A stretch of 64,000 bases of DNA from the human T2T-CHM13v2.0 reference genome, Homo sapiens (GCF_009914755.1 NC_060929.1), one strand, 5' to 3'. Positions 25,040 to 39,090 are shown, counted from the stretch's first letter. The notes: generated by a model from the letters alone, not told the origin. Translations and numbers: made by a program.

Positions 25040-27350
25040 TTTTAATGTATCATGATCTTCTTTTGGTTAACAGTAATTTAACTCCAGAAAATACAAGAAG
25101 TTTGCTCCAATATACTGCCATTCCCTCTTCCCTCCTTTGTGCTATTACTGTCCTATATATTAAATCTATACATGTTACAAACCCAACACTACAGTGTTAA
25201 AATTATTGTTTCACACAGTCCTATGTCTTTTAAAGAAATTGGGAAAAAGGAGAAAAAATATATTTTATGGAATCTTTTATACTAACATAGTTATCATTTA
25301 CAGTGCTCTTCATTTTTTCCTGTGGATTTGTGCTATCATAGAGTACCATTTCCGGAAGGCCTTCCTTCCTTTGGTACATCTTTTAAAACAGGGCTGCTAG
25401 CAATACATTTGCTCAGTCTCTGTTTATCCAAAAATGTCCTTATTTTGCCCCCATTTTTGAAGGATAGTTTTGTTAGATACAGAATTCTTGTTTGACATTA
25501 TTTTCTTTTTGCAGTATGGATGTGCTATTCTTCTTCCTTCTGGCATCCATGGTTTTAGATGAGAAGCCAGCTTAATTGCATGGATGCTCACCTTTCTATG
25601 GTGCGTGCTATTCTTCTTGCTGCTTTCAAGATTTTCTCTTTGGATTTGGCATACAACAGTTTGACAATGATGTGTTCAAGTGTGGATCTATTTGTATTTA
25701 TCCTGCTTGGGTTTCTTTGAGCTTCTTGGGTGTATAGATTAATTTTCTAAAAAATCAAATTTTGGAAGTTTTGGCCATTATTTTTTCAAATAGGTTTTCT
25801 GTCCCTTTCTCTTCTCTCCTTCCGACATTCCCCTGACATGGTTGTTTCTGTGCTTGAGCTTGTCCCACAGGTTTTTGAGGGCCTGTTAATTTTACTGCAG
25901 TCTGTTTTCTCACCATTCTCTAGATTGAGTAATTTCTATTGATTTATAGTTCACTGATTCCTTGTCTCTCAAATCTGTTGTTGAACTCTCTAGTGAAAAA
26001 TTTTAAATTACCATTATTGTACCCTTCAGCTACAGAATTTTCACCTGGTATTTTTAAAATAAATTCAATATCCTTATTAAGAATCTATTTGTTGATCTCT
26101 TGTTACCCCACTTTTCTTTAATTCTTTAAACATGGCTTGCTTTAGTTCTTTGGAAATATTTATAATAGCCGCCTTGAAATTTTTGTCCACGAATATTTGG
26201 TAACACAGAGTTTCTATTAACTGTTTTTCTTTTCTTGAGTATGGGTCACACTTTTTTTTCTTAAAAATGGGACATTTAAGATAACACATTGCAACGACTC
26301 TGAATTCTGATATTTTTTTTCCCTTTATGGTGGTTGTTGCTGGTATTTTGTTTGTAACTTTCCTGGACTAAATCTGTGAAATCTGTTTCCCCTAGGCTAC
26401 TAATGCCTATGCTAGTCTAAAATATATATACATTCCTGATTTTATTTATTTATTTATTTATTTACTTTTTTTTTGTTTTCGAGACGGAGTCTTGCTGTGT
26501 CACCCAGGCAGTGCAGTGGTGCAATGTCAGCTCACTGCAAGCTCCGCCTCTCGGATTTATGCCATTCTCCTGCCTCAGCCTCCTGAGTAGCTGGGACCAC
26601 AGGCTCCGATTTTATTTTTAAACTTGGCTTGCTAGAGGTTGCTCCTGTGTCTGTATAGCCTTAGTGGTCAGCTAATGATTGAACATCATTTATGTTCAAA
26701 CACCTTAAACCACTAAGATTTCCATCCTTTGCCCTTTTTCACCTATTTTCAGGTAGAGGAGCATATACAAAGTTCAGGCTCTTTTCAAGCTCCCCTGAGT
26801 CTGATATCTGCTGGACCTTTTTGAGTCTCCTATGCACATGCATTGAGACTTTGGGTAAACCAGAAGCATATAAAGGGCTTCTGTCTCTTCAGTCTCCACT
26901 GCCCATATGCACAGCCTCAGCCAGCAATATGCTGTCTCTGATCACAACTGCAACTTCAGGCTGATGGAGCTGATGGCCCTCCCAACTCACTCCCATCCAA
27001 GATGATCATTTCTATTGACAACTTTGCTTGGTGTCTGCACTGCCCAGCTCTTCAAACTGGTTGAGTCTCCTTCAACATCTACAGAGAAGCTACTGGTCAT
27101 CATGGCTTGCTGTACCTTGGCAGAACCTATAGGCTGGGTTGAGGTGGATGAGAGGAGCCCTAGGTCAGAACATCTCAGATTCCCAGTGTTCCTGAGTGAT
27201 GTCCCATGATTTTTAAAAAATAAACACGTCTCAGGTTGTCATAGGCCTTTGGCTGATTTCCAGAGCACAAATAGTTGAAGTTTCCAACTTTGCACAGCTC
27301 TATCATTGCATTTTGGGAAGAGGATTTACCCAACCTCCTCCTAGAGTCAT
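25040..27350 (-). mobile_element. Old L1M (L1ME/MD-type) 5'/ORF1 region
   Basis: catttttgaaggatagttttg...agaattcttg, gctgctttcaagattttctcttt, aaattttggaagttttggccattattt; degenerate ORF1-like FKAAIINISKELK. Confidence 0.8.
26446..26604 (-). mobile_element. 5'-truncated AluY-type right arm
   Basis: Y-type ctgcaagctccgcctc...gccattctcc; flanked by tcc(t)gattttattt. Confidence 0.85.
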
Positions 27351-27798
27351 AGCTAAAAGTCCACTCTTTGCCTTGGGTTTTGACTCGTCTCTCTCTTCTT
27401 CCTTCATTTTCCCCTTTCACACACTTAAGTCCAACACTTGCTAGTGGCTCTAGAGCAATAAAATCTTTCTTGCACATATAAGATAACTTCAGCAACAGAT
27501 TATATAGTACTATTGATATAAACCACGCAGATTAACTTGCGGCAAGTAAAAGCATTCAGTGAACTCTCTAAACACCGCTTGCCATCTATCCTTAGGCTTG
27601 TGGCCTTTCCTGCAGGCAAGGAGTGGTGGATATCTGATGCTGCCTGCATGCTGTTACACCTGTCACAACTCTAGCACACATCACTAAATGACTGCAACTT
27701 TCTTCCCCACTAACCCTAGACATGGTCTCAGAATCTTCCTCAGACAGAACTCCAGGCAGCCATTATGTGGATCAGAAGATGAGACCTTGTAGCCATAC

Positions 27799-28107
27799 TT
27801 TCTTCTTTTTTTTTTTTTTTAGATGGAGTCTCACTCTGTCACCCAGGCTGGAGTGCAGTGGTGTGATCTCGGCTGACTGCAACCTCTGCCTCCTGGGTTC
27901 AAGCGATTCTCCTGCCTACTCTCTCCTATTCCCTGAGTAGCCGGGATTACAGGCACCTGCCACCATGCCTGGCTAATTTTTGTATTTTTAGTAGAGACGG
28001 GGTTTCACCATGTTGGCCAGGCTGGTCTCCAACTCCTGACCTCGTGATCCACCCGCCTTGGCCTCCCAAAGTGCTGGGATTACAGGCCTGAGCCACCACA
28101 CCTGACC
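27799..28107 (-). mobile_element. AluS (Sg-like)
   Basis: Full reverse Alu with gacctcgtgatcc; short foreign patch at 27918-27931. Confidence 0.93.
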
Positions 28108-28249
28108 ACCTTCAAGTCCCCAAAGCTGAAATGTATAATTCATCGCACTATCTGCTGTGCTTCCACATATCAGTCAAGGCTTGGGGTTGGTTTCCTGAGG
28201 AACATGTCTTTTTTTACTTGTGCCTCAAGCTCAGCTCCTGTGACAGTTT

Positions 28250-29455
28250 TTCTTCTGAACCTTTGCACTTATTCCTTTGGTGATTTCATCGATTTTCATG
28301 ATTTTAAATCCCATCCATTTATTGGCCCTTTTTAGGTTTATATATATATTTTTTTAGATCAGATCTCTCCCCCAAACTCCAACTCTCTACATGCCATCTC
28401 CACTTGGAAATCTAAAGGACACCTCTAAGTCACCATACCCAAAACTGAACTGTTCCCACCTGGGGCCTCTTCCACCTATAGGCTTTTTCCATCTTGATTG
28501 ATATTAATTTATCTGCTCAGATGCTCAGACCAAAAAAAAAATCGAGTTATTCTTAATTCTCTTCATTCTCTCTCATACCATCAGGAAATTCTGCTGGTTT
28601 TACTTTAAAAATGAATCAGAACCCTGTGCCTTCTTACCACGGTCACTGCTACCATCCTAGTCTGAGAAATACCATCTTTCACAGGACTATTGCAACTGGT
28701 TTTACTACTTCTAACTTTGATCTCTCATATTCCATACTCAACATGGCACCCAGAGTGATCCTTAAACCCTGGTATACTATACTCAGCATCGTAGCCAGAA
28801 AGATCATTTTGAAAAATGAAGCTGATCATATCAGTTTTCTACTCAAAACATTCTGGTGGCTTCCCATTTTGCTTAGGGAAAAAGCCAAAGGCTTTTCAGT
28901 GACTTACAATACTCTTCATAGTCTGTCTTGCCACCTTCTTCAATTCACTCATCTTTCACTACACTGCCTCTTACTCCTTTCCAGCCTTGCTGGCATCCTT
29001 AATGCTTCCGGAAAACATGATACTGGCTTTTTGGAGCCTTTGCATTGGCTATTTTCTTTTCCTGAAATCCTCTTTCTTCAAATATCCAAGTGACTAATTC
29101 TCTCACTTCCTTCAAGTCTTTGCTCAGATATCACCTTCTCAATGACGCCCACCCTGTATTTATAATTGCAAACCCTATCCTTCCCATCTGTGTGTCCCCA
29201 CTGCCCGCCTACCTCTCTCTTCTTCCACATCCCTCTCACTCATTCCCACATTTCTGTTCTTTTCACAGCATATTACTTTCTACTATATGATTTACTTATT
29301 TCCTATCCTTAATGTTTGTCATCTGTCTCCTCCTTCTCTAGAACGTAACTCAAAATGGGTGGGGACTTTTGTTCAGTGACATATCATTTCACAGTTTCTA
29401 GAAATGTGCCTGGCATGTAATAGACATTCAAAAAACATCTGTTGAACGAACAAGT
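28250..29455 (+). mobile_element. L2a-like 3' region (~1.2 kb)
   Basis: catctccacttgga..., ctcacttccttcaagtctttgctcagatatcaccttctc, tgcctggcatgtaatagacattcaaaaaacatctgttgaa. Confidence 0.85.
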
Positions 29456-29804
29456 CAGCAGTGGTTCTATGGTTCTGATATAGTTTTAGAAAACATGCAC
29501 CAAATGTGAGAACACTTTCCAAAGAAATGTCAGGAGGAGCATAGGTAAAAGAAATGTCAATAGACTCCATGAAAAAGAAGAGTCCATGGCAAAAAGAAAA
29601 AAAGAAAAAAATTGATTGGGAAATGATGGATATAATATACTTATCTTGGTCAATCATGGGGTACATTAGCATAGTAAAAGTTATGAGAAGTCCTACAGGA
29701 AAAAAATGGGCTTAATTTTATTATTTAAAAAAAGAATTCAACACAAGCTCAAACTTCAAAAAAAAGATCTCTATATTACATTGTATAAATAAAATAAGCA
29801 GCAG

Positions 29805-29995
29805 TTTTGCGTGTGGGCTCTGGAGATAGACTACTAGGGTTTATATCTTGGCTTGCCATTTACAAGAGTTATTTGATATCTCTAAGCCTCTGCTCTTTTA
29901 TCTGTAAAATAAGGTAGTATGTATATTACAGGTTTGGGGTTAGAATTAAGATAATATAAGTAAAGAGGGCCTAATACATAGTAAGAACTCCCACA
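29805..29995 (+). mobile_element. MIR
   Basis: gggctctggagatagac...ctctaagcctc...atctgtaaaat...catagtaag. Confidence 0.75.
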
Positions 29996-30019
29996 ATTTT
30001 ACAAATTAAACAATGATAT

Positions 30020-30440
30020 AAATGCCTGTGATCTGCCAGTTATTATCCTTGATTCTGGGGATACAGATTAGAAATCGGTCCCTGGTCTCACAGAATTTAT
30101 GTTCTGTAGGCAGAAGACAGACTAGAAACGCATAAACCAATAGATGAACATTTTCTGATAGTGGCACTATTATGAAGAAAATAAATCAGGGTTATGTGAT
30201 AGAAAGAGTGGAATGGAGGGCCGCTTTAGATTGAATAGTCCAGAAGGATTTTCAGAGGAGTGGTTGCTTATACTGAGAGCTGATCAGTGAGGATCCAGTC
30301 AAGCAAGGGTCTCTCTGGAGGGACAGCAGCACAGGCAGAAGGAACAACAAGGACAGATGTGTCAAGGGAGGAATAAGCTTGGCTTGCTCAGGATTAGATA
30401 AAAAGTCCATGTGGCTGGTCATGTGGAGTGCTGGAGAAAA
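30020..30440 (-). mobile_element. L2 fragment
   Basis: ctggggatacag...gtccctggtctcacagaatttatgttct...tatgaagaaaataaatcaggg...ggcagaaggaacaac. Confidence 0.75.
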
Positions 30441-32367
30441 ATAGCATTTTTTGTAGCTCTAAATAACACTAACCCCTCTGGGTCTTTATTTGTGGGATGA
30501 CTTTTCAATTTATAATTCTTTCTTGGGGGAAAGAAGAGAGGCCCTGGAGGGATTGTGGCAATGGCCCAGTGGTCTGGATGGGAAGAGAGAGGCAATGATC
30601 ACAGTTCTACAATTCAGGGAGAATTGACTAGCCTGTTTTGAACAGGCTTCCCAGGTTAAGGTGGTAATCTTTTCTCTCCACCATTCACAAAAAGGGCAGT
30701 GGGGTTAGGTGGACATGAAGTGTCAACTCAGAGGATAAGGGAATATGAATTAAAAATGCAGAAGAAAAAGCTTGTACCTGGGACTCATTGACATTGTGGT
30801 TTCTCTTGAACCCTGATGCTCTCATTCTTGTTGAAGCCTAAGCTCATTTCTCTTTGTCGATATTAGAATTTTATGTCTAAAATTTCTTTTTTATGTATTC
30901 TCATTCCACCTTTCTCTTTTTGGAATGCAGAGACTAGTCTCTTGGAAATAGCTAAACATCCAGGAGAATGCTTAGCAAATACCACATGTTATTACTTTTA
31001 ACTTGCAAAAGCTTAATTGCTCACCATATTATAATAAAGATCCCCTCACGTGTCCAGTGAATGTAAATTCTCACTGGTGTTCCAGCTAGTTGCCTGAATA
31101 TTTTGTTTGCTATTGTGCCAAAGATAATTTTTTTTTTAGTGCTCTTCTATACTCTATAGTTCTATACTCTATACTTCTATAGTTGAGCTCTTCTATGCTC
31201 AACTATAGTTGAAAGGAGGAGAAAGTGATATCTCTGTAACGCAAGCCAGAACCTTCCGCAATAATACATTGGCAAGTGGTAATGTGATGAAAATGTTTTA
31301 GGTTTAAGATGTTTCCCATCTTAGTGTTTCTGAGTGCAGATCCAATCTGCTTGTTATTCTTCTGCTACACAATGGGAAATGGAGGTAAGAAGATTGCTGA
31401 CCTCCCTGCAGCTTTGAGACAAAATTTCTTGACTGCTAGCTCACAATAGGCCTTCTTGGAACTGTCCGGAAATAGCACCCTCTCTCAATAATCTCTTCTT
31501 TCTAAATGGGCAGTGCTGTTTTGATCAACTTAACCCCAGTCAAGGGCACCCTATAGCACCAATTCAAAGATTCAAGGGTTGACTGTTTGCTTATCGAGAT
31601 TTACTCAGATGTCATCTTCCTTCCTTCTTGGCTTTTGAGGCATTTCATTATTCCTAGCAACTCTAGTCGAGGGTAAACAAGAGGCACTGGGAATAAAATT
31701 GAAGTCACCTTTAGCTTCTTATTAGCAGGTATGGGAAAAACCTGGGGATAAGTTGGGTGGGTGGTAGAAAGGACTGAAATTGTCCAAAGTGAGGTTTGAG
31801 AAATATCTATGTGTTCTAATTAGCCCCACCTTAGCTTTTTCTTTCCATAACATAGTTTACAGTGAGTTGACTATAAATGGAAAACACTTCTTAATTCTCT
31901 TAACAATTAATAAAGAAGTTACTTTCCTATATAATGTAGAAGACTAATTTAAAAGAGAATTGTGTGTGAGTGCACGCATGGCATATGTGTGGATGCATGC
32001 ACATGTGTGAGTGAATGGATTCCCCCAACCTCCAGCAGCATATCCATGTCTGGTCATCAGCAATAATCTGAAATATTTCCTGTTATTCTTCCTGAAACAC
32101 CAGGAGAATTTCAAACTCTTTGAACCTTCCTTAGTATGTTTGAACTGAATCGTTTAGATTGGCCCACCCATTCATTCAGTAACTATTTACAAACATCACT
32201 CCCTTTTATTTGTTTGTTTTCCTTAAATTAGGTCAAAGTCATCTCCAGGGAACTGGGATTCTTGAATTCAAGGCCTATTGTATTTAAGGTTTATTAAGGT
32301 ATCAGCCTGTCCCTCAGCTTTCTATCCTGGTTTGAAAGGATAATTTGAATTACCAAAGATATTAAAT

Positions 32368-32750
32368 TGATATGGTTTGGCTGTGTCCCCACCCAAATCT
32401 CATCTTGAATGGTAGTTCCCATAATCCCCACATGTCGTGGGAGGGTCCCAGTGGGAGGTAATTAAATCATGGGTGTGGTTACCCCTATACTGCTGTTCTT
32501 GTGATAGTGAGTTCTCAGGAGGTCTCATGGTTTTAAAAGGAGCTTTTCCCCTTTTTGCTTGGCACTTTTTCTTGTCTGCTGCCACGTAAGACAGGCCTTT
32601 GCTTCTCCTTTGCCTTCTGCCATGACTGTGAGGCCTCCCCAGCCATGTGGAACTGTGAGTCCACTAAACTTCTTTCCTTTATAAATTATATTTCCTTTAC
32701 AAAGTGTTGGGTATGTCTTTATTAGCAGCATGAGAACAGACTAACAAACA
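32368..32750 (+). mobile_element. THE1 (THE1C-like) MaLR solo LTR
   Basis: Canonical start tgatatggtttggctgtgtccccacccaaatctcatcttgaa and end cagcatgagaacagactaa. Confidence 0.95.
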
Positions 32751-33730
32751 GATCTTTGGACAATAGATTCCATGAAGAGACTGAAGACTCTAGTGGCCCA
32801 GGTGGCTGAATCTTCTCCTAGCTTTCTTCTTCTTTATATACATCCCATTTGTGATCATGATAAACAAGGTCAAAGAGCAGTGAGAAAAGGAAAACTAACC
32901 ACCTAGTATATGCAGAGAGATATCAAATGCTGAAGTAGATCAAGAAGACTTCCTTGAGCAAGGGGGCAGAGGAGAAAGCTATATCTAGCAGAGATATTAC
33001 AGCTGTGGAGGTATCAAAGAAGCTTTGAGAATCTGGAAGGACAGCCCAGGAAACTGTTTCTTTACCTGTACCAGCACTAAGCATGCTAAAATATTCACGT
33101 GGGAATTATATCATATGCTGTTTTAATTAAAGCTGGTTGTATTCAACCTTGGAATTGTAACTAATTCTGTTTGCTCTTTGAGAAATTCTTATATATATTT
33201 TTAATATCCTTTGCTTCAGCAGCTGAGATTTCAAGTAACAGGGATTGGAAAATAATCCCATGTGTTTCCAACCAGATGAATTTTTTGGTTGTAAAGTTAT
33301 TTCCTAAGATTTTTTTTCAATTAACATATTAGATCCTTGAGGAATATCCTGGATAAACGCCCAAGTTGCTCTTTGGTTAAGTAGAATAGCACAAAGTCTG
33401 TATCCAGGGAACCCAATCCTCTGATTACAGAGCAGGTCAAAGCTGCACCTTAATTATTTCTTTAAAAAATCAAAAGATTTTGAAAATGATTATTAGGGAG
33501 TTTTTATTCCCATTCTCTCTCAGATAAGTATTTTGTCTATGACACCTGATTCTTGAGAAAAAAACAAGAGAAAAAAATAAAACCTATTATCAACCACACT
33601 TGGGATACCATTAAGGGCCACCTCACTTTATTCTGAAATTTCTACTTCAGGGAGATTACCAAGCTTCCAGAGAGAAGCAAAATGAGACCCATTTAAGAAC
33701 ATGTGACCTATCGTGACAAACGGAAGTTCT

Positions 33731-34597
33731 TTTTTTTTTTTAAGTTTTTTTTTTCTTTTATTATTATACTTTAAGTTTTAGGGTACATGTGCACATTGTG
33801 CAGGTTCGTTACATATGTATACATGTGCCATGCTGGTGCACTGCACCCACTAACTTGTCATCTAGCATTAGGTGTATCTCCCAATGCTATCCCTCCCCCT
33901 CCCCCCACCCCACAACAGTCCCCAGAGTGTGATGTTCCCCTTCCTGTGTCCATGTGGTCTCATTGTTCAATTCCCACCTATGAGTGAGAACATGCGGTGT
34001 TTGGTTTTTTGTTCTTGTGATAGTTTACTGAGAATGATGATTTCCAATTTCATCCATGTCACTACAAAGGACATGAGCTCATCGTTTTTTATGGCTGCAT
34101 AGTATTCCATGGTGTATATGTGCCACATTTTCTTAATCGAGTCTATCATTCTTGGACATTTGGGTTGGTTCCAAGTCTTTGCTATTGTGAATAATGCTGC
34201 AATAAATATATGTGTGCATGTGTCTTTATAGCAGCATGATTTACAGTCATTTGGGTATATACCCAGTAATGGGATGGCTGGGTCAAATGGTATTTCTAGT
34301 TCTAGATCCCTGAGGAATCGCCACACTGACTTCCACAATGGTTGAACTAGTTTACAGTCCCACCAACAGTGTAAAAGTGTTCCTATTTCTCCACATCCTC
34401 TCCAGCACCTGTTGTTTCCTGACTTTTTAATGATTGCCATTCTAACTGGTGTGAGATGATATCTCATTGTGGTTTTGATTTGCATTTCTCTGATGGCCAG
34501 TGATGATAAGCATTTTTTCATGTGTTTTTTGGCTGCATAAATGTCTTCTTTTGAGAAGTGTCTGTTCATGTCCTTCGCCCACTTTTTGATGGGGTTG
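33731..34597 (-). mobile_element. Young L1PA2/PA3, 5'-truncated (867 bp), ORF2 C-terminal ~210 codons still open
   Basis: ORF 33967-34602 is the L1 ORF2p C-terminus ([16 protein letters not shown]...[10 protein letters not shown]); perfect 16-bp TSD gacaaacggaagttct at 33715-33730 and 34598-34613. Confidence 0.98.
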
Positions 34598-34652
34598 GAC
34601 AAACGGAAGTTCTGAGGTGTCCTAGAGTTAGAAGAGGTAGTTTTTCATAAGA

Positions 34653-34683
<31 letters not shown>

Positions 34684-35039
34684 GTGTTTGGTGCCTGGGG
34701 AGACTTTGGCCTCAACAAATATACCTGTAGCTTTTCTAGGTTTAGCTGTAGCCTAAAATTTAAAACTAAATATTTGAAAGTTGCATCCAATTTCCTCAAA
34801 GCTGAAAGAGAAATCAGAGACCAAACTCTTTTTTTTTTTGATTGAAAGGTGTTGCTGAGGTGAACAAGGACTATTATTCTAACAACATAGAGCACGTTCT
34901 TCCAGATCACCAGCTGATAATGTCTGTAAATAAGGAGGGGTAATCTGAATGTAGAATGATGGAGAAGATAGAATTTGCCTTTGGTATGGAAAAAAAGATG
35001 GGAAATTATCACTCTTCTACTGCAAAGCATTCATACTCC

Positions 35040-35870
35040 ATCAGTTACCATTGATTAATTTATGCATTTATTTATTTTCCCTACAATTATGTATTGAACT
35101 TATATTAGTTTCTAGGCATTGAAGATTCAACAGTAAATCAGACAGACTTAGATCCAGTCCTCAAAGTACTTAAAATCTATCTGTGCCTCTCAAAATTCAT
35201 ATGTTGAAATCCTAACCTGCAAGGTGATGATATTACGAACTGGGGCCTTTGAGAGGTGACTAGATCATGAGGGCAGAGCCCTCACAAATGGAATTAGTGC
35301 CATTATGTAATAGGCTCCAGATAGATCCTCATTCCTTCCATCATGTGAGGTACAGCTAGAAGGCACTGTCTATGAGCCAGAACACAGGCCCTCACCAGAC
35401 TCCAAGTTTACCAGCACTTTAACCTTGGACTTTCCAGCTTCCAGAACTAGGGGAAATAAATTTTTGTTGTTTATAAGGTACTCAGCTTATGATATTTTAT
35501 TATAGCTGCCTGAATGGACTATGACACTGTCTAATGAAGGACACAGACAATGATCTAAGAGTAATTATGCCATGTAATCCATGCCAATATGGGGGAATGC
35601 CAAGTAGCTCTGGGAGCACTTAGCAAGGCCACCCAGCAATATGTGGGGATGGTGGTAGGCTGTCAGGAAATATATTCCCTGAAGTGGCATTTTATCTGAG
35701 GCCTGAAAGTGTGAGCCAGGTAAAGGAGGATAGAAAGTAAAGAGGGCAAGAAAAGAGAAAAAAAGTTCTCATAGTATGTTGGAGAAACTAAAAGAAGTTT
35801 GATATGTCTTCAGTGTAAAGTTTGGAAAAGGGTAGTAGAAAACATGGCTAGAGGAGGGAGCATGTCTTAA
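35040..35870 (-). mobile_element. L2 fragment interrupted by MLT1A
   Basis: ctaggcattgaagattcaacagtaaatcagacagac...; gtcaggaaa...tctgaggcctgaaag. Confidence 0.65.
35178..35526 (+). mobile_element. MLT1A-type MaLR LTR
   Basis: caaaattcatatgttgaaatcctaacc...tggggcctttgagaggtgactagatcatgaggg...ccagcttccagaact...gaatggactatgaca. Confidence 0.9.
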
Positions 35871-35899
35871 AGCTGTGCCAATCTGAGACCTAACTTCTG

Positions 35900-36125
35900 A
35901 GGTCTGCATATGCTTGGACTCAGATAGAGCTGGGTTTGATTCCCAGTTCTCATCTTTCCCAGCAACTTAGGCAAGTTATGCCACTTCTAAGACTCATTTT
36001 CCTTATCTATATAATGGGGAATATACCTACTTCCTAGGATTGCTTGGAAAATTAAATGATGGAGCATATTTGTACCTGGCAGATTGGAGGTATTCAGTAC
36101 ATGGGAGCTACAGCTGTTGCTGTTA
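35900..36125 (+). mobile_element. MIR
   Basis: ctgggtttgattcccagttct...ttaggcaagtta...ttttccttatctatataatgggg...atacctac. Confidence 0.8.
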
Positions 36126-37086
36126 CTACAGTCAAATAGAATGGCATTCCAACAAGGAATAATGTATCAGGAAAGTAAGCTCTGCTGCCATCAGTTTAGG
36201 CATCAGCAGAGCCACATATGTTGACATTTTGGGGTAGGGTAACTTCCTGATGTGTCTCAGTATCTTATCTTTTGAGAGTTTAGCCCTATCCTTTGTTTCA
36301 AGAAAGCAAAGATTTCCTGCTGTAAGCAGTGGAGTCATTTGATACAATCATTGTGCCCATCCATTATTACACTTTGTCCTGGTCATTCATGCTGCCTAAG
36401 AAGATGCCTAAATGATCATCCCACTCCCCCTCTGAGTGGGCATAAGAAGTAAATGAAATAAATTAATGCAGTGGTTGCTAATACCTATGTTACCTTCTTT
36501 TTGTTATCAGCATTAAGACTCCTTGTAAGCAGGAAGAGAAAAAAAAAAAAAAACCCTAGACAGTTATGAAGGATGGTTTCTCAAAAAAAAAAAAAAAAAA
36601 AACAAGACATGTCTATTGAGATTTTTACAGTCGTTTTGATTGCTTTTCACATCACTAGGCTCAAACAAACAGAACCTCTCTGTACAGAGAGATAGTAAGA
36701 GGACATGCACAAAGCACTAAAGCTCTCTCTGAGCCAAAAAAAGAAGCCTGTCATTTCATTTCGTTTAGCCCCTACGGCTGTGGGCTTGGTTTTTCTATGT
36801 TAATACTCTAACACACCTGTACTGAGAATTTACTCCTTGCCAGGTAACTGGGGATCATAGAAATAAAAGACATACTCTAAGCCCTCCCGAGGTCCTTGTT
36901 CTGTTGTGGGAGACAAACCAGTGAGCCAGGGTTTTTTTTTTTTTTTTTCTTCAATGCTGTCTAATGGACAGTCCCTGTACTAAATGCTTCATATACTTTA
37001 TTAAAGTCCTCCAAATCATTCTTCGAACTAGACAGTATAAAATTCCATTTGTGGATAAAACAATTGAGATTTAAAAGTGGTTACTA

Positions 37087-37468
<382 letters not shown>

Positions 37469-37529
37469 TTATGTCACGCTACCTCCACACTCCTCACAGT
37501 CTGTCAGTGGGTTACTTTGATATGTGTTA

Positions 37530-37860
37530 TTAAGGGGTTACTTAAATACTAAGTACTGTGGAAGAACTGTGGGTCCACAGAGAGGAGGGGCTTTTGACAG
37601 AAGGCAGAGAAAGAGAAAGATGGAGTCAGAACAACTTGCCAAGGGAGGTGGCCTCTGCTCTGAGATTTGAAGGCTGAGCAGGGGTTGGCCATGTAAAAGC
37701 GTGAGGAAAGGAGACATCCTTTGAGCTAGAGTGAGCCGCAGTTACACCTTCACGGAGGCTTAGAGAACAGGATGTCTTCAAGGAGCTGCAGGTCGCTCGG
37801 TACAGCTCTTGGTTATCTGCAACAATAGAGGGAATGTGTGGGACAGATGATCTGAAATTT
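37530..37860 (-). mobile_element. L2 fragment
   Basis: ggaggtggcctctgctctgagatttgaaggctgagcaggggttggcca. Confidence 0.6.
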
Positions 37861-38172
37861 ATGTCTGTTTGGCTTCTGTATGTACAATGTTTTTATTTAT
37901 TTATATTCTGCCTTGTTCCACAAAGGTTTTGAAAGAAAATTCATTACATGGTTTTTATGCAGTGACCTTCCTAATTAAGTTTTTCTCAGCACTGTCATGT
38001 TCGTCTTTGTATTCCCTGAGCCATATGCAGAGAGACTTGAACAAAAGTTGAATTGAATTTACATACTTTGAGCACTCTGTAAGCAGTTAGCAAGGGCAAC
38101 TGGTCCCAGAAGCTTGTGGGTGGAAAGGAAAAATTTTACTGGGCCAAAACGTAAAATTGCTTAGATTGAGGT

Positions 38173-38370
38173 ACCGTATTTCATGGATTCCAACACACTA
38201 TTGATTATAGGGTATGCTGTTATTAAACTTGAAGTGCTATCAAAAAAGAAAAAATCCTGTTCATTAAATTATAGCACAATATAAACTCACTATCTATTGC
38301 AAGATGTACTCTGATTTCAGATATATTAAATGTGGAAAAAAATGTGTCTTTAAAGAGAAAATGCATGGTG
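38173..38370 (-). mobile_element. TcMar-Tc2 element (MER104/Kanga-like)
   Basis: TIR taccgtatttcatggattc; other end aagatgtactctgatttcaga...aaatgtggaaaaaaatgtgtctt. Confidence 0.65.
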
Positions 38371-38711
38371 ATGATATTAACTCCCACCCCAAATGGTCAG
38401 AAATTCTAAAATGTACTGATTCCCTGGTTGACATGAGAGAAAATGAGAAGTCTTACACATTTCTGGATGGCAATTTGCCCAACAACCTAAGCCCAAAAGA
38501 TTCTGCAAACTCTTTGACCTAGCAATTATATCTCTAAGTCTGTGGGTTCAGTTTTTCTATGTAAAAAATAATTAAAGTTAAAGAAATACTAATTTAAATT
38601 TAAAAAGTTACATTGCATTTTAAAAATCAGGTAATAAAGTATTTGTTATAAAATTACTCCTGTGAAAAAATATATTTACATTTCATGTTTACATAGGAAT
38701 TAAAATCTTGA

Positions 38712-39090
<379 letters not shown>

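Noticed and set aside
28611-29290. 160-aa and 66-aa ORFs
   Set aside because: They lie within the decayed L2 3' region
33967-35030. 211-aa and 154-aa ORFs as host genes
   Set aside because: The first is the promoterless ORF2 C-terminus of a truncated L1; the second is a chance frame through the poly(A) tract
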